A stretch of 35,488 bases of DNA from Promethearchaeota archaeon (GTDB lineage: Archaea > Asgardarchaeota > Lokiarchaeia > Sigyniarchaeales > SOKP01). Made by a program: the position numbers and the translations under genes. Below are positions 17,369 to 27,125 of the stretch, one piece after another. Numbering within the stretch: the stretch's first letter is position 1; the number at the start of each line of letters is the position of its first letter. A model generated the notes under the pieces. It did not search any database, was not told where the DNA came from, and saw only the letters and a list, made by a program, of their open reading frames with translations. The stretch is from NCBI GenBank assembly GCA_011364975.1, contig RDOE01000034.1:1-35488 (forward strand), in the 5' to 3' direction.

Positions 17369-19369
17369 CTATAAGTTTAAGGTTTTAAAGAAAGAAGGAA
17401 GTGAATAGATAACTTCACAATCGTTTTTTGAGCTTACTTCGATCATTGCTCTTATTAAGTAAGTATCCCTAAGTTGTTCACTTGGATTGTAAATTTTAAC
17501 TTTAGATGAGGGTTTCAACTTTAATGTGTAATTCTCTGCAATTCCCGTCATGTTTTCATCAGAAGTTAATCTAATGCCTAATAAACCGAGTTCATAATGC
17601 GATACAATAAAAAGATATTCATTTTCTTTCTTTTGGTTTACTTTTTCAAAATGAACAACTTCCAAATAGTCATTCTGTAATTCTTTTGGAAGTTTAATAA
17701 AGGGAATTATCTTTTTTTTACCAGATATGTATGGAAAAGGTGTATAAAACAAAATATTGAAACTAGAGATTTTCTTGATTTGTTCATTATATTTCTCAAC
17801 ATCCTTGACTGAATAAGCTTTATCTAATAATACATCTAATTTATCTACAATTAAATCTTCAGCACTGTAGCCATTTAAAACGGTTGCTATATACGCACGT
17901 TTTAATTTTTCAATTAAAATATCACTCCGAATTTGTAATTTGTAATCAATACTGATTTCTAAAGCCTCATTATAGAGATTTGCGGCTAATTGAGAATGAC
18001 CTAATGCTAAAAAATAATCACCAAGTTCACTAAAGACAATTATTGCATCCAAAAAATTCTCTTCAAAATCAATACCAGATACTTCTTCCATAATAGAGAT
18101 CGCTGCATCTCTATCTTTTCCTTCAATATACAATGCGATTGATTTACCAATCATAGATTTTAATTTAAGATTCTGATCATGGTATATCTCAGCTAATTCT
18201 TCAGTAAAATTATAAGACATTATAGCATTCTCATATAATCCATGGAACAGAAGAATTAAAGCTTTCACATAATTTAATGTTAGACAAGTTTGATGATTAT
18301 GGATTATCGTGGAAAAAAGTGCAGCACGTTCTAATGAATTTATAGCAGAGCTTATTCTTCCAAGAGAAACTAAGATAAAGGCTCGGAGAAATTCCATCTT
18401 AGAAATCTCACTACAGATTAGCTGTTCTATTATTTCATAATCTTTACCATTTTTTAATTGTCCTGCTGCTACCTGTAATAGGGAAATTAGAAATCCGTTT
18501 CCCTTCTTTAGATACTTCGCTGCTTCTTGGGACTCATTTTTTATAATAGCATCACGAGATCTTTTCACATATTCTCTTGATATTTTTAGATTTTCCAAAA
18601 AGTTAATTGTATCAGAAATTAAATCCATTTCACTTGAAGGAATTGGATGATTTTCAATATATTTTTCTGCAACCGCAATCTCCTTTTCATATTTACTTAC
18701 TCCTATTTGAAATTTAACCTCGCCCGATCTTTTATCAATATAATGGGCATCTTGAGTTAATATTGAGCTCTCTGTTACTGAAACGGCCCTTTCTATTAAC
18801 CATGTTATTTTTTCTTCAGCAGGATACATTTTAGACCTTTCAATCATATAAGAAAGGGTATAATTCAGGGAACGTTTCCATATATTTTTAAAGTAAGACC
18901 TCATTTGTTTATTGGATATTGTCCTCTGAATTTTTAGCAAGAAGCTAGAAAGTGAGAGATTATTAAGTTTATTTCTAAATACTAAGTTTGAATTTTTTAC
19001 TAGTTTAAAATCATCAGAAACTAGATGTACCTCTCGATTTTCAGTGTTATCGATTAACTCTTTCGCTAATGACAATAATGACAAATCAGGATCTTGCGCT
19101 GGAAAACGTATTCCGTAGTAATTTAACTCTTCTTTAATCTCTAATATCTGAGAAGGTTCTATTTGTTTAATAACAATAAATTCTTTAAATTTATCCCTAA
19201 ACAAAGCTGGAGCTTTAATTTCATTGAAAACCATATCACTAATATAATATTCAAATCCTAAATCTTTTGCTGCGACATTTAAATTTTCTAAAATATTTTT
19301 AGCTTTAATAGAATTCATACAAATGAAAAAATTAGCATCAAAAATTATTTTCTCCTTAATCTTAGACAT
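17369..19369 (-). CDS. PIN-domain protein with long TPR-like helical region and C-terminal beta domain
   Basis: N-terminal IIFDANFFI..SDMVFNEI..QDPDLSLLSLA..LVSDDFKL PIN motif; TPR-like segments (LGRISSAINSLERA, LYENAIMSYNFT, LGDYFLALGHSQLAANLYNEALEI). Confidence 0.7.
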   Translation of the reverse strand: MSKIKEKIIFDANFFICMNSIKAKNILENLNVAAKDLGFEYYISDMVFNEIKAPALFRDKFKEFIVIKQIEPSQILEIKEELNYYGIRFPAQDPDLSLLSLAKELIDNTENREVHLVSDDFKLVKNSNLVFRNKLNNLSLSSFLLKIQRTISNKQMRSYFKNIWKRSLNYTLSYMIERSKMYPAEEKITWLIERAVSVTESSILTQDAHYIDKRSGEVKFQIGVSKYEKEIAVAEKYIENHPIPSSEMDLISDTINFLENLKISREYVKRSRDAIIKNESQEAAKYLKKGNGFLISLLQVAAGQLKNGKDYEIIEQLICSEISKMEFLRAFILVSLGRISSAINSLERAALFSTIIHNHQTCLTLNYVKALILLFHGLYENAIMSYNFTEELAEIYHDQNLKLKSMIGKSIALYIEGKDRDAAISIMEEVSGIDFEENFLDAIIVFSELGDYFLALGHSQLAANLYNEALEISIDYKLQIRSDILIEKLKRAYIATVLNGYSAEDLIVDKLDVLLDKAYSVKDVEKYNEQIKKISSFNILFYTPFPYISGKKKIIPFIKLPKELQNDYLEVVHFEKVNQKKENEYLFIVSHYELGLLGIRLTSDENMTGIAENYTLKLKPSSKVKIYNPSEQLRDTYLIRAMIEVSSKNDCEVIYSLPSFFKTLNL

Positions 19370-19468
19370 CTCTAGTCGAGAATTTTTCAGTTTTTCCTAA
19401 AGTTAATTAAATTATAAATTAATTATATTAAATCCTTAGTATTATATACAAATTTAAAAAATCTTAAA

Positions 19469-19972
19469 ATGAAAATCATTAATTTAATAGGTTTCTCAGG
19501 GAGCGGTAAGACTAGTTTTATAATTAATGCAATAAAGCTATTAAGGACAAATCTAAATTATGAAATTGCTTGTATTAAAAATGTTCACCAGCACAAGATT
19601 GATGAGGAAGGAAAAGATTCATTTGAGTTTACAAAAGCCGGAGCTAGGTATTCAGTAATAAAGAACCAATTCAATGAGCATGCGTTTTATATTAAAAGTA
19701 AGCTTGATGTTAAAACAATCATAGAATGGATCAAAAAGGGTCCTTCAAGAGTCGATCTGATATTCTTAGAAGGTTTTAGAGATATAGATTATCCCACAGT
19801 TTTATGTGTAAGGGATTATAAAGAAATTGAACATCAATTATCAGATAAAGTTAAAATGATTTCATGGATTCTTCCTTCAAAGGATCAGTCCCCAAAGGAA
19901 TATAATGGAATACCTTTGATGGATATAAGCAAAAATTTTAATGATTTCCTTAAAATTTTTGAAATCATTTAA
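19469..19972 (+). CDS. mobB: Molybdopterin-guanine dinucleotide biosynthesis protein B
   Basis: Walker A GFSGSGKTS, IK..H..IDEEGKDS..F..AGA, DLIFLEGF. Confidence 0.9.
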   Translation: MKIINLIGFSGSGKTSFIINAIKLLRTNLNYEIACIKNVHQHKIDEEGKDSFEFTKAGARYSVIKNQFNEHAFYIKSKLDVKTIIEWIKKGPSRVDLIFLEGFRDIDYPTVLCVRDYKEIEHQLSDKVKMISWILPSKDQSPKEYNGIPLMDISKNFNDFLKIFEII

Positions 19973-19999
19973 AGCTCACCTTAATAGGAATAAATAACA

Positions 20000-21919
20000 T
20001 TATTTTTCCCAAAATGGTGCGATTTCTTTGCATACAAATTTAATCTCCTTAATAAGTTGTTTATCTGAGACGCCCTCTAGTATATGTGAGCTCAATTGTT
20101 CATAAATCTCGATATTATTTTTACAATCTTTAATAAGATTACGTATATCAATTATAAATTTATTTATTGGGACAATAATCTCATCTAAAATCCATTCTTC
20201 AAAAATTCGCTGATCAGAATAAGATTGAAAATTATAGGTAATTACGAAACGGACAATATCGGAATATCTATAGAATGAGCTCGTAGGTAAGTCTACTTTA
20301 TATTGTTTTAAGTCGCTTATCAACTCTTCTTTATTTAAAGTGATGATATAATCTGGCCATAAATCATCCGAGAGATTTAAATCTTGAAAAATAAATAATT
20401 CTAATACTCTTAATGCGATGTTTTTACCAATATATCTGCTTCTTGGGTCAATAAAATTCTTAGAAGCTTGATCAGGTCGTTTTCTGAGAAAAATTTTATC
20501 TATCAGAATATATAACATCCGACAAATATGATCTACTATTGTTTTAAATGTTAAAAGTTCATTATCAGGATCTCTAGATAACTTATTGTTTTCACGTTCA
20601 ATTAATCTATTAAGATTAATATTAAGGCTTCTAAGAAATGTTTTGAAAAAATTATAATTGATTTGAGCGATATCCTTTTTGAAAATAAGGTTAAAAAAGA
20701 TATCTGGATTTTCAATATTAGTTAAGATGGAAAAATAATTTAAGAATTTTTGAATCTCCTTGATACTATTAGCATCAATCGGATGATCTAAAACCTCATT
20801 TAGCTTATTCAGTTTACTTTGAAACTTTTCGGGCAAAAACAATAAATCTCCTACTTCTAATGCCTCTAAACTTCCAGATCCAAAATAATATTTTGTGTGA
20901 AGTAAAAATAGATTCAATTGAGCTTTTTCAGAAGGAAGATTATTTGCTTGAAAAGTAGAATATAAAGTTGATTTTCTATCAAGGAAGTCAAATAATTTTA
21001 AAAGTGAGTTACGCTTATCATCAGAATAATTAAGATTTTTTAAAAATTCATCTCTTACAATATCAAATTTAGAAAAAACTGAATCTTCCACTCGAGAACA
21101 CACGAAATTCATGAAGTCTAGAAGAGGGGAGAAATTTTCAAGTAAATTACATTTTTTATAAAAGTAATATAATAAGTCAACCAACCTGTCCTTTGCTAAG
21201 GGATATGCTTGATTTGCGATCTCATAAAGTTTTTCCCTCCCTTTTAATAATCTTTCAAAATAATCTTCTGGAATCTCTTTTATATGTCTTAGAAAGTAAT
21301 ATAAAAACATTAAGTAATAATTTTCAAATACATCATCATTACTATTCTTGATAACAATTAAAAAGTGAAAATTATTTTTTGCTTGTCCATTCTTAATGAC
21401 TGCTCCATCCAACACAATTAAGAACTTTTCTCCTAAAATTTTCCTTAATATTACTCCCAATATTGAAATTATTAGATAGAAGTAACCAAAAGGAGTAGTA
21501 ATTCCATTCCCACCAGCAAAATCGTTAAATTTACTTGCAAAGTGATCGAAAGAACTTTATTCTTTAGAATATAATAAATAAGTATATTCCAAAAACAAAT
21601 TTTCTTCAGATACTTTTTCTTTTAAATTTAGTTGTAAAGATTTCTTATCTAATCCACAAAACAAATCTAAATATGTTTTAAAATATTTATGAAAAAATTG
21701 ATAGAAAAAGGTTGAATAAGTTTTTTTAATAATTCTATCTAGATTCTTTTGTTTAAAATCTTCCCAATCTCGTTTAATATCTTCTCTAAATTGAATATAT
21801 TCTAGTTCTTTTTCTTGTAAAATTTCATAAAACATACTGGAATTCATTTTTAAGGTTAAATTGTTTCCCTTAACATTCTCTCCAATAGATTTCAGTATTG
21901 CTTCTAATTTTTCTACCAA
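20000..21919 (-). pseudogene. Single ~639-codon hypothetical gene interrupted by one in-frame TAA at 21557..21559
   Basis: Track ORFs 21557..21919 and 20000..21460 share a frame, and the 32 codons between them are open and protein-like (YSKE*SSFDHFASKFNDFAGGNGITTPFGYFYLIISILGVILRK). Confidence 0.8.
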
Positions 21920-22097
21920 GGTTTCTCAAATTTGAATTTAGTAATTTTTATACTATCGATTTTTAAAAAACCAACCCTTTAAAGCAACTCCCAATATAAG
22001 ATAGAATAAAATTTCAAAAATAAAAATATTAGCAAAACAAAAAAATTTATGCAAATTTTTCTGATTTGTAAAAATGTGATTTATATTTGAATTAATC

Positions 22098-23135
22098 TTA
22101 GAAAATTTTTGTAATCTCATCTCTCTCAGAATATTTTAGTAACTTAATTTTACCTTGTTTACTTTTTATCTTTAAGCCTTCCTTATTCGATTTAAATTCT
22201 CCTACTTTCTCTGCATATATTTCATTTTTTTTGAGAAATTCAATTAATTCATTAGTAAATTCCTGTTCAATTGCAATCAATAAAGAACCTGAAGATATTG
22301 TATTTAAAGGGTCTAAATTGAAGACTTTACTCAATTCCATTGGCTCTGGGAGAATTTTAATATTTTTTTCATCAATTAAAACTCCTGTTTCTGAAGCTAA
22401 AGCCATCTCTGCTATTCCAGTAGCAAAACCTCCCTCTGTAGGATCATGCATTGCTTTTATGACAAAATTCTTATTTGCTAAAACTGCTTCTTTATAAATG
22501 CTAATACCAGGTTTGAAGAGATAATCTTTACATTTATCAATAAATTCGTCTGAATATCCTTTTTTTCTTAAGAATTCTCCTTTTTCCCGGCCTATTATTG
22601 AAACCCCTTCAATAAATAAACCCTTTGTTAAAATTATATCATTTCCGGGTTCTGCTCCTGAAGTTAATACTAATTTTTCCTTTTCAACTTCTCCTAGGAG
22701 AGAACCAACAATTATAGGGCGATCAAGGTTGGAAGTAACCTCTGTATGTCCTCCTATTACAGTGATATGCATTTGTTCACAAGTATCGTGAATATCCCTA
22801 AATATCGTCTCGATTAATTCTGCGTTTGTTTTTTTTTCTGGTAATAATATGGTTGATTGAAACCATTTTGGAGATGCTCCTGTACAAACTATATCATTAA
22901 CATTTATGTTTACAACATAATATCCGATAGCATCTGTTGCGAATGTAATAGGATCTGTCTTAGCTACAAGATACTTATCCCCAATGTCTATTACTGCAGC
23001 ATCTTCTCCCAGTTTAGAACCCATAATCACTCTATTATCGTCAATCTCAGTATTTGATACAAAATTTTTCAACAATTTAAGTAGAACTTGATGTTTCAAT
23101 TTCCCTATTTGAAATTTATTCTGAGATCCGCTCAT
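22098..23135 (-). CDS. AIR-synthase (PurM/HypE/ThiL superfamily) related protein
   Basis: GKL start, GEDAAVI, TDPITF, NVNDIVCTGA, GGHTEVT, MHDPTEGG, ISSGSLLI. Confidence 0.88.
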   Translation of the reverse strand: MSGSQNKFQIGKLKHQVLLKLLKNFVSNTEIDDNRVIMGSKLGEDAAVIDIGDKYLVAKTDPITFATDAIGYYVVNINVNDIVCTGASPKWFQSTILLPEKKTNAELIETIFRDIHDTCEQMHITVIGGHTEVTSNLDRPIIVGSLLGEVEKEKLVLTSGAEPGNDIILTKGLFIEGVSIIGREKGEFLRKKGYSDEFIDKCKDYLFKPGISIYKEAVLANKNFVIKAMHDPTEGGFATGIAEMALASETGVLIDEKNIKILPEPMELSKVFNLDPLNTISSGSLLIAIEQEFTNELIEFLKKNEIYAEKVGEFKSNKEGLKIKSKQGKIKLLKYSERDEITKIF

Positions 23136-23361
23136 TTGCTTGTCAATATATTTAGAGCTATAAATTATTTAAATTTTGAATAATTTTAGAAATAAGTTTT
23201 TTTGAACTTTCTTTAGGTTTATGATTGCTATTGACTAGTAATAATGCTGTTATTAAATTATAACTTTTATTTCCTAAGCTAAATAAATTTATATGGTTTG
23301 AACCTTCTAATTATGTATAGAATAACTAAATAAAATAGAAAAATCACATTTACTAAACGAG

Positions 23362-23889
23362 TTGAGATCATTGGGCTTCGGTAAGGCGTTTGGTTTTAGT
23401 TTACTTGCTTATATTGGCCTTAATTTTCTGTTTATTGTGATTGTTGAGACACTAAGTGGAGATTTGAATCTACTATTTAGCGATATAAGCTCTAATCCTT
23501 TGATTATTCTGCTTATATTCTTTGGTACTACTGCAAATATGCCGGGAAATGTATTTTTATCTATGTATGCACAAATTGCTACAGGAGCAATTGATTATAA
23601 TCTCATTGAAACAATTGGATTTTTTGTAACTCCATTAGTAGCAGCTCTTGTTGCTGGGAGAGTAGGTGAGAATAAAGGAGGAAGCTTCGGTGGCTTTTTT
23701 CTAACCAGTATTCTTGGTTCTTTGGCTTTAGGTATTTTAGCATATGTGAGCCCCGAAACATTAATATATTTTTCAATACCAGTTATCGACCCTACAGCTA
23801 CTCTGATAATGCTACTCATTGCAGGAGCTGTGAATGGTGTCTTTTATGGAGCTTTTAGTCTCATGTTCACAAAAACAGAGTACTATTAA
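23362..23889 (+). CDS. Small Gly-rich multi-pass membrane protein, unknown function
   Basis: About five hydrophobic segments with GxxxG-like motifs; no recognised family. Confidence 0.7.
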   Translation: MRSLGFGKAFGFSLLAYIGLNFLFIVIVETLSGDLNLLFSDISSNPLIILLIFFGTTANMPGNVFLSMYAQIATGAIDYNLIETIGFFVTPLVAALVAGRVGENKGGSFGGFFLTSILGSLALGILAYVSPETLIYFSIPVIDPTATLIMLLIAGAVNGVFYGAFSLMFTKTEYY

Positions 23890-23924
23890 GAATTTTAGGT
23901 CAATTCTTATTAGAATTCATTTTT

Positions 23925-24953
23925 TTACTTTTCTTTTTTTTCTTTATATGGTTTATGAGCAATAATAGAATGTATTCCTAATAGTAAGGTACAAAATAAA
24001 AAGATTACAAACAATCCAGTTGCTTGTAGGATTTTAAGTTCATCTAATATCGTTCTGGGAAGAATTTTTGAAATCTGAACATAGATTCGCATAAGGATTA
24101 AGAATAAAGCGATTGTATCAACCTTAAAAATTTTCAATTTCTCTGTGATATAATCTACTCGTGAATATACGGTTCCGATCATATAAAAGAATAAAACCAC
24201 ATCAAAAATAAAAGATATAATGATATAGGTAAGATCACCGGATTCAGTGCTATAGAAAGCCCCAAATATCGAATCAAGTAAAATATAGAGCACATAACAA
24301 AATGTAAGTAAGAAAAACAATGTAATATAAGCAGAAAATTTTTTGGTTACAATTAATTTTAATATAACAATAATCATTAATAACAAATACACCCAAAACA
24401 ATATCTGTATAATTAGAATTACAGTACTGAATAAAATTGTAAGTGTTTGGCTAAAAAAGATTAATGTAATTCGCATTATCCACCATAACAAAAATCCAAA
24501 TACAATAAATTCTATACTACGGGTAATAATACGAGATTTTTCTTTCTTATATAAGAAATCATCTACTTTAGTGGTAGAATCCATGCAGATTTTGAATGCA
24601 AAAAAAGCAGTAAAGATTTGATTAGCGATTAAGGTGATAAGAAAAAAGATATCTGACGTTGGGAAATATATGGAATTCATAAGAAGACTTGCTAAAATTA
24701 GCCCAATTATGAGCAAAATCACGAAAAAGTAAGTTTTAACTTGATTTATCGGCTTTATAAAGGATATAATAAGCAATACTAAGACGAAAAGTAATAAACC
24801 ACCACCAAAAATAAAAATAGAAAGTCCTAACCAAGTTATCCTAAAAAATGTGTTTAATAATATTAAACCCCATATCAAAATAAAAGAACTTACTATAAAT
24901 ATGTAAACCGGTTCTTTAAAGATACCTTTCAAACCAGTTATGAATCTCATCAT
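23925..24953 (-). CDS. Polytopic membrane protein, unknown function
   Basis: About 9-10 hydrophobic segments with short charged loops and a Lys-rich C-terminus. Confidence 0.75.
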   Translation of the reverse strand: MMRFITGLKGIFKEPVYIFIVSSFILIWGLILLNTFFRITWLGLSIFIFGGGLLLFVLVLLIISFIKPINQVKTYFFVILLIIGLILASLLMNSIYFPTSDIFFLITLIANQIFTAFFAFKICMDSTTKVDDFLYKKEKSRIITRSIEFIVFGFLLWWIMRITLIFFSQTLTILFSTVILIIQILFWVYLLLMIIVILKLIVTKKFSAYITLFFLLTFCYVLYILLDSIFGAFYSTESGDLTYIIISFIFDVVLFFYMIGTVYSRVDYITEKLKIFKVDTIALFLILMRIYVQISKILPRTILDELKILQATGLFVIFLFCTLLLGIHSIIAHKPYKEKKEK

Positions 24954-25255
24954 TTATCCCCTACTAAATTTAATTTCCTAAATAAGATATTTTATTCTAC
25001 TTATTTTAATTATCGCTTTCTGCGCTATTTTAGATTTATGAATTAAATTATTAACCCTTTAATATTGAATTCAGTCTTTATTTAATATATGAAAAACAAT
25101 ACTATAATTAAAATTTGAAAAAGTAGCTCTGCCAACTCTCAAAAATGTATAATTTATCAAATTCTTTGGTGTTATCCGACAAAAATTTAATACTCTTCTT
25201 AAAACTTTATTACATTGCAAAAGATCATAATCAAATAAATTAGGAGACAAAATCT

Positions 25256-25540
25256 ATGAGTTCAGGAAAAGTTCAGCAGAGTTTTTTTGTCGATGTTCCT
25301 AAGATTACTATCCCTCATTTCAATTTTAGTATTCTAGATTCCAATTTTCCAAACAAAACCATCTTCACTGAAATTGAGAATATCACTGTCTTAAATGTTT
25401 CATATCAAAAAGCAGTTGAGATCCACCAAATCCTCTTAAATAACAATAATTTATCAAATAGTGAAAAACTTGATTTTTGCAATGTAGGAAGGTATTTTAT
25501 GAAACAATACTTAAAGGATGTAATTAAAAAGCTAGAATAA
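25256..25540 (+). CDS. Hypothetical protein (94 aa)
   Basis: ATG preceded by AGGAGA; fills the gap up to the convergent acyl-CoA synthetase stop; no motif recognised. Confidence 0.6.
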   Translation: MSSGKVQQSFFVDVPKITIPHFNFSILDSNFPNKTIFTEIENITVLNVSYQKAVEIHQILLNNNNLSNSEKLDFCNVGRYFMKQYLKDVIKKLE

Positions 25541-25541
25541 G

Positions 25542-26993
25542 TTAAGATCTTTCCTGTAAATAACTAGTTCTCCTTAAATGTTCAGTATAATCAAAGTAAA
25601 GAGAAATACTTCGTGCAGCGTCTCGAGTTGAAAGATAATAAAGTACCCTCTTTTTATGTAAAGTCTTTTTTATTATTGAAAATCTTTGAGCAACTTCTTC
25701 AGAATCTGCGATACTTGGCATGATAAGAGCATAGGGTTTTTCACTCTGTTCTAATACATCTAACATTTTATTAATAATATGTTTATATAGAAAATGGCCC
25801 CATAATGGAATAACAATAAAGTCAATATTGTGATCGTTAGCAATTATATTAATACATTCAATGAAAATGTCAACAATAAATCCAAAGGCACCAAGATCAA
25901 TAGGATTGCTTATGTTCACGTTTTCTTGGGGTAAAATATAGCTCATTTTCTCTTGAGATTCTTTTGTAAGCTCGGGGATTCTAAGGTTATGTGAACTAAA
26001 TAAATCGGTACTATTAACCGCATTACCTCCTCCTGGAGTGATGATTCCTATATTTCTTCTTTTCGGAATATATTTTGGATAAAGGATTTCGAAAGTTTTC
26101 ATAGCATTCCAAAATTCCTCATTATCCTTCACAATTACTGCTCCAGTTTGTGCTGCCATAGCATACCATAATCGCAAATTAGATGCAATTGCACCCGTGT
26201 GAGAAAAAGCTGCCCGTTTTCCATCTTCCGTATAACCACCCTTCCAAATAATTACTGGTTTTTCTTTCGTTGTCCTTTTAAGTTCTAGAAAAAATTCATG
26301 ACCTGTTCCTGAGCCAAAACTTTCCAAATAAGCCGCAATTACTTCTGTTTTCTCATCATTTCGATAATGTCGTAAAAAATCAATACAATTGAGGTCCGTT
26401 TGATTGCCAAATGACACACCATACCGATAACGAATATCTCGCTTATAACCAATGTCCATTATCTGATTTAAATGACCACCTGACTGAGACATAAATGATA
26501 CAGTACCTGGTATAGACTTAGTATTACTAAAGCTAAAAGCCATCCCATATTCAGAGTTAAATGGTCCCAAACAGTTTGGACCAATTACCCTAGTTCCAGA
26601 ATTATGATTAATTAGTTCCTTTATTTGCCTCTCGTAATGCAAACCCTCGGTATTTCCTAACTCTGAAAACCCCGATGAGAAAATAATCACCCATGGAATT
26701 TTACGCTCCATACATTCTTTTAATACAATTGGTACTAATTTTGCTTTTACAGAAATATATGCTGTATCTACCGGAAATGGAACTTCCAAAACAGAAGAAT
26801 AGCACTTCCAATCAAGAACTGTTTTATATTTCGGATTAATGGGGTAAAATGTATCCGCCCATTTTGAATCCTTAAATGCTTCTAGATACAGCATAGAACC
26901 TAACGCCGATTTCTCGCTTGCCCCGATAAAAGCGATATGCTTTGGAGAAAAAAGTGTATCAAATTGAGTGAAATTATAGAGTTTAGATGTCAT
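25542..26993 (-). CDS. NDP-forming acyl-CoA synthetase, alpha (CoA-binding) subunit
   Basis: LFSPKHIAFIGAS, YPINPK, SSGFSE, GPNCLG, SQSGG, SFGNQTDL, YLESF, KGG, AAFSHTGAIA (phospho-His), NPIDL. Confidence 0.9.
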   Translation of the reverse strand: MTSKLYNFTQFDTLFSPKHIAFIGASEKSALGSMLYLEAFKDSKWADTFYPINPKYKTVLDWKCYSSVLEVPFPVDTAYISVKAKLVPIVLKECMERKIPWVIIFSSGFSELGNTEGLHYERQIKELINHNSGTRVIGPNCLGPFNSEYGMAFSFSNTKSIPGTVSFMSQSGGHLNQIMDIGYKRDIRYRYGVSFGNQTDLNCIDFLRHYRNDEKTEVIAAYLESFGSGTGHEFFLELKRTTKEKPVIIWKGGYTEDGKRAAFSHTGAIASNLRLWYAMAAQTGAVIVKDNEEFWNAMKTFEILYPKYIPKRRNIGIITPGGGNAVNSTDLFSSHNLRIPELTKESQEKMSYILPQENVNISNPIDLGAFGFIVDIFIECINIIANDHNIDFIVIPLWGHFLYKHIINKMLDVLEQSEKPYALIMPSIADSEEVAQRFSIIKKTLHKKRVLYYLSTRDAARSISLYFDYTEHLRRTSYLQERS

Positions 26994-27125
26994 CTAGTGT
27001 GAAAACTTTAGAAAAATTATATTTTTTATGTATTTTTTAATATGACCAAATTATTCTTATCTAATTAAGGAAAGTTTGTATAAAAAAAAATAATCTAAAA
27101 AGCCAGAAATTTAAAAAAATTCCCT

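Noticed and set aside
17369-19369. VapBC toxin-antitoxin or defence-system interpretation of the PIN protein
   Set aside because: The protein is 666 aa with no small upstream antitoxin gene and sits among housekeeping genes.
22098-23135. Possible selenophosphate synthetase (SelD) or true HypE
   Set aside because: No N-terminal Cys/Sec catalytic motif, no in-frame TGA, and no C-terminal PRIC.
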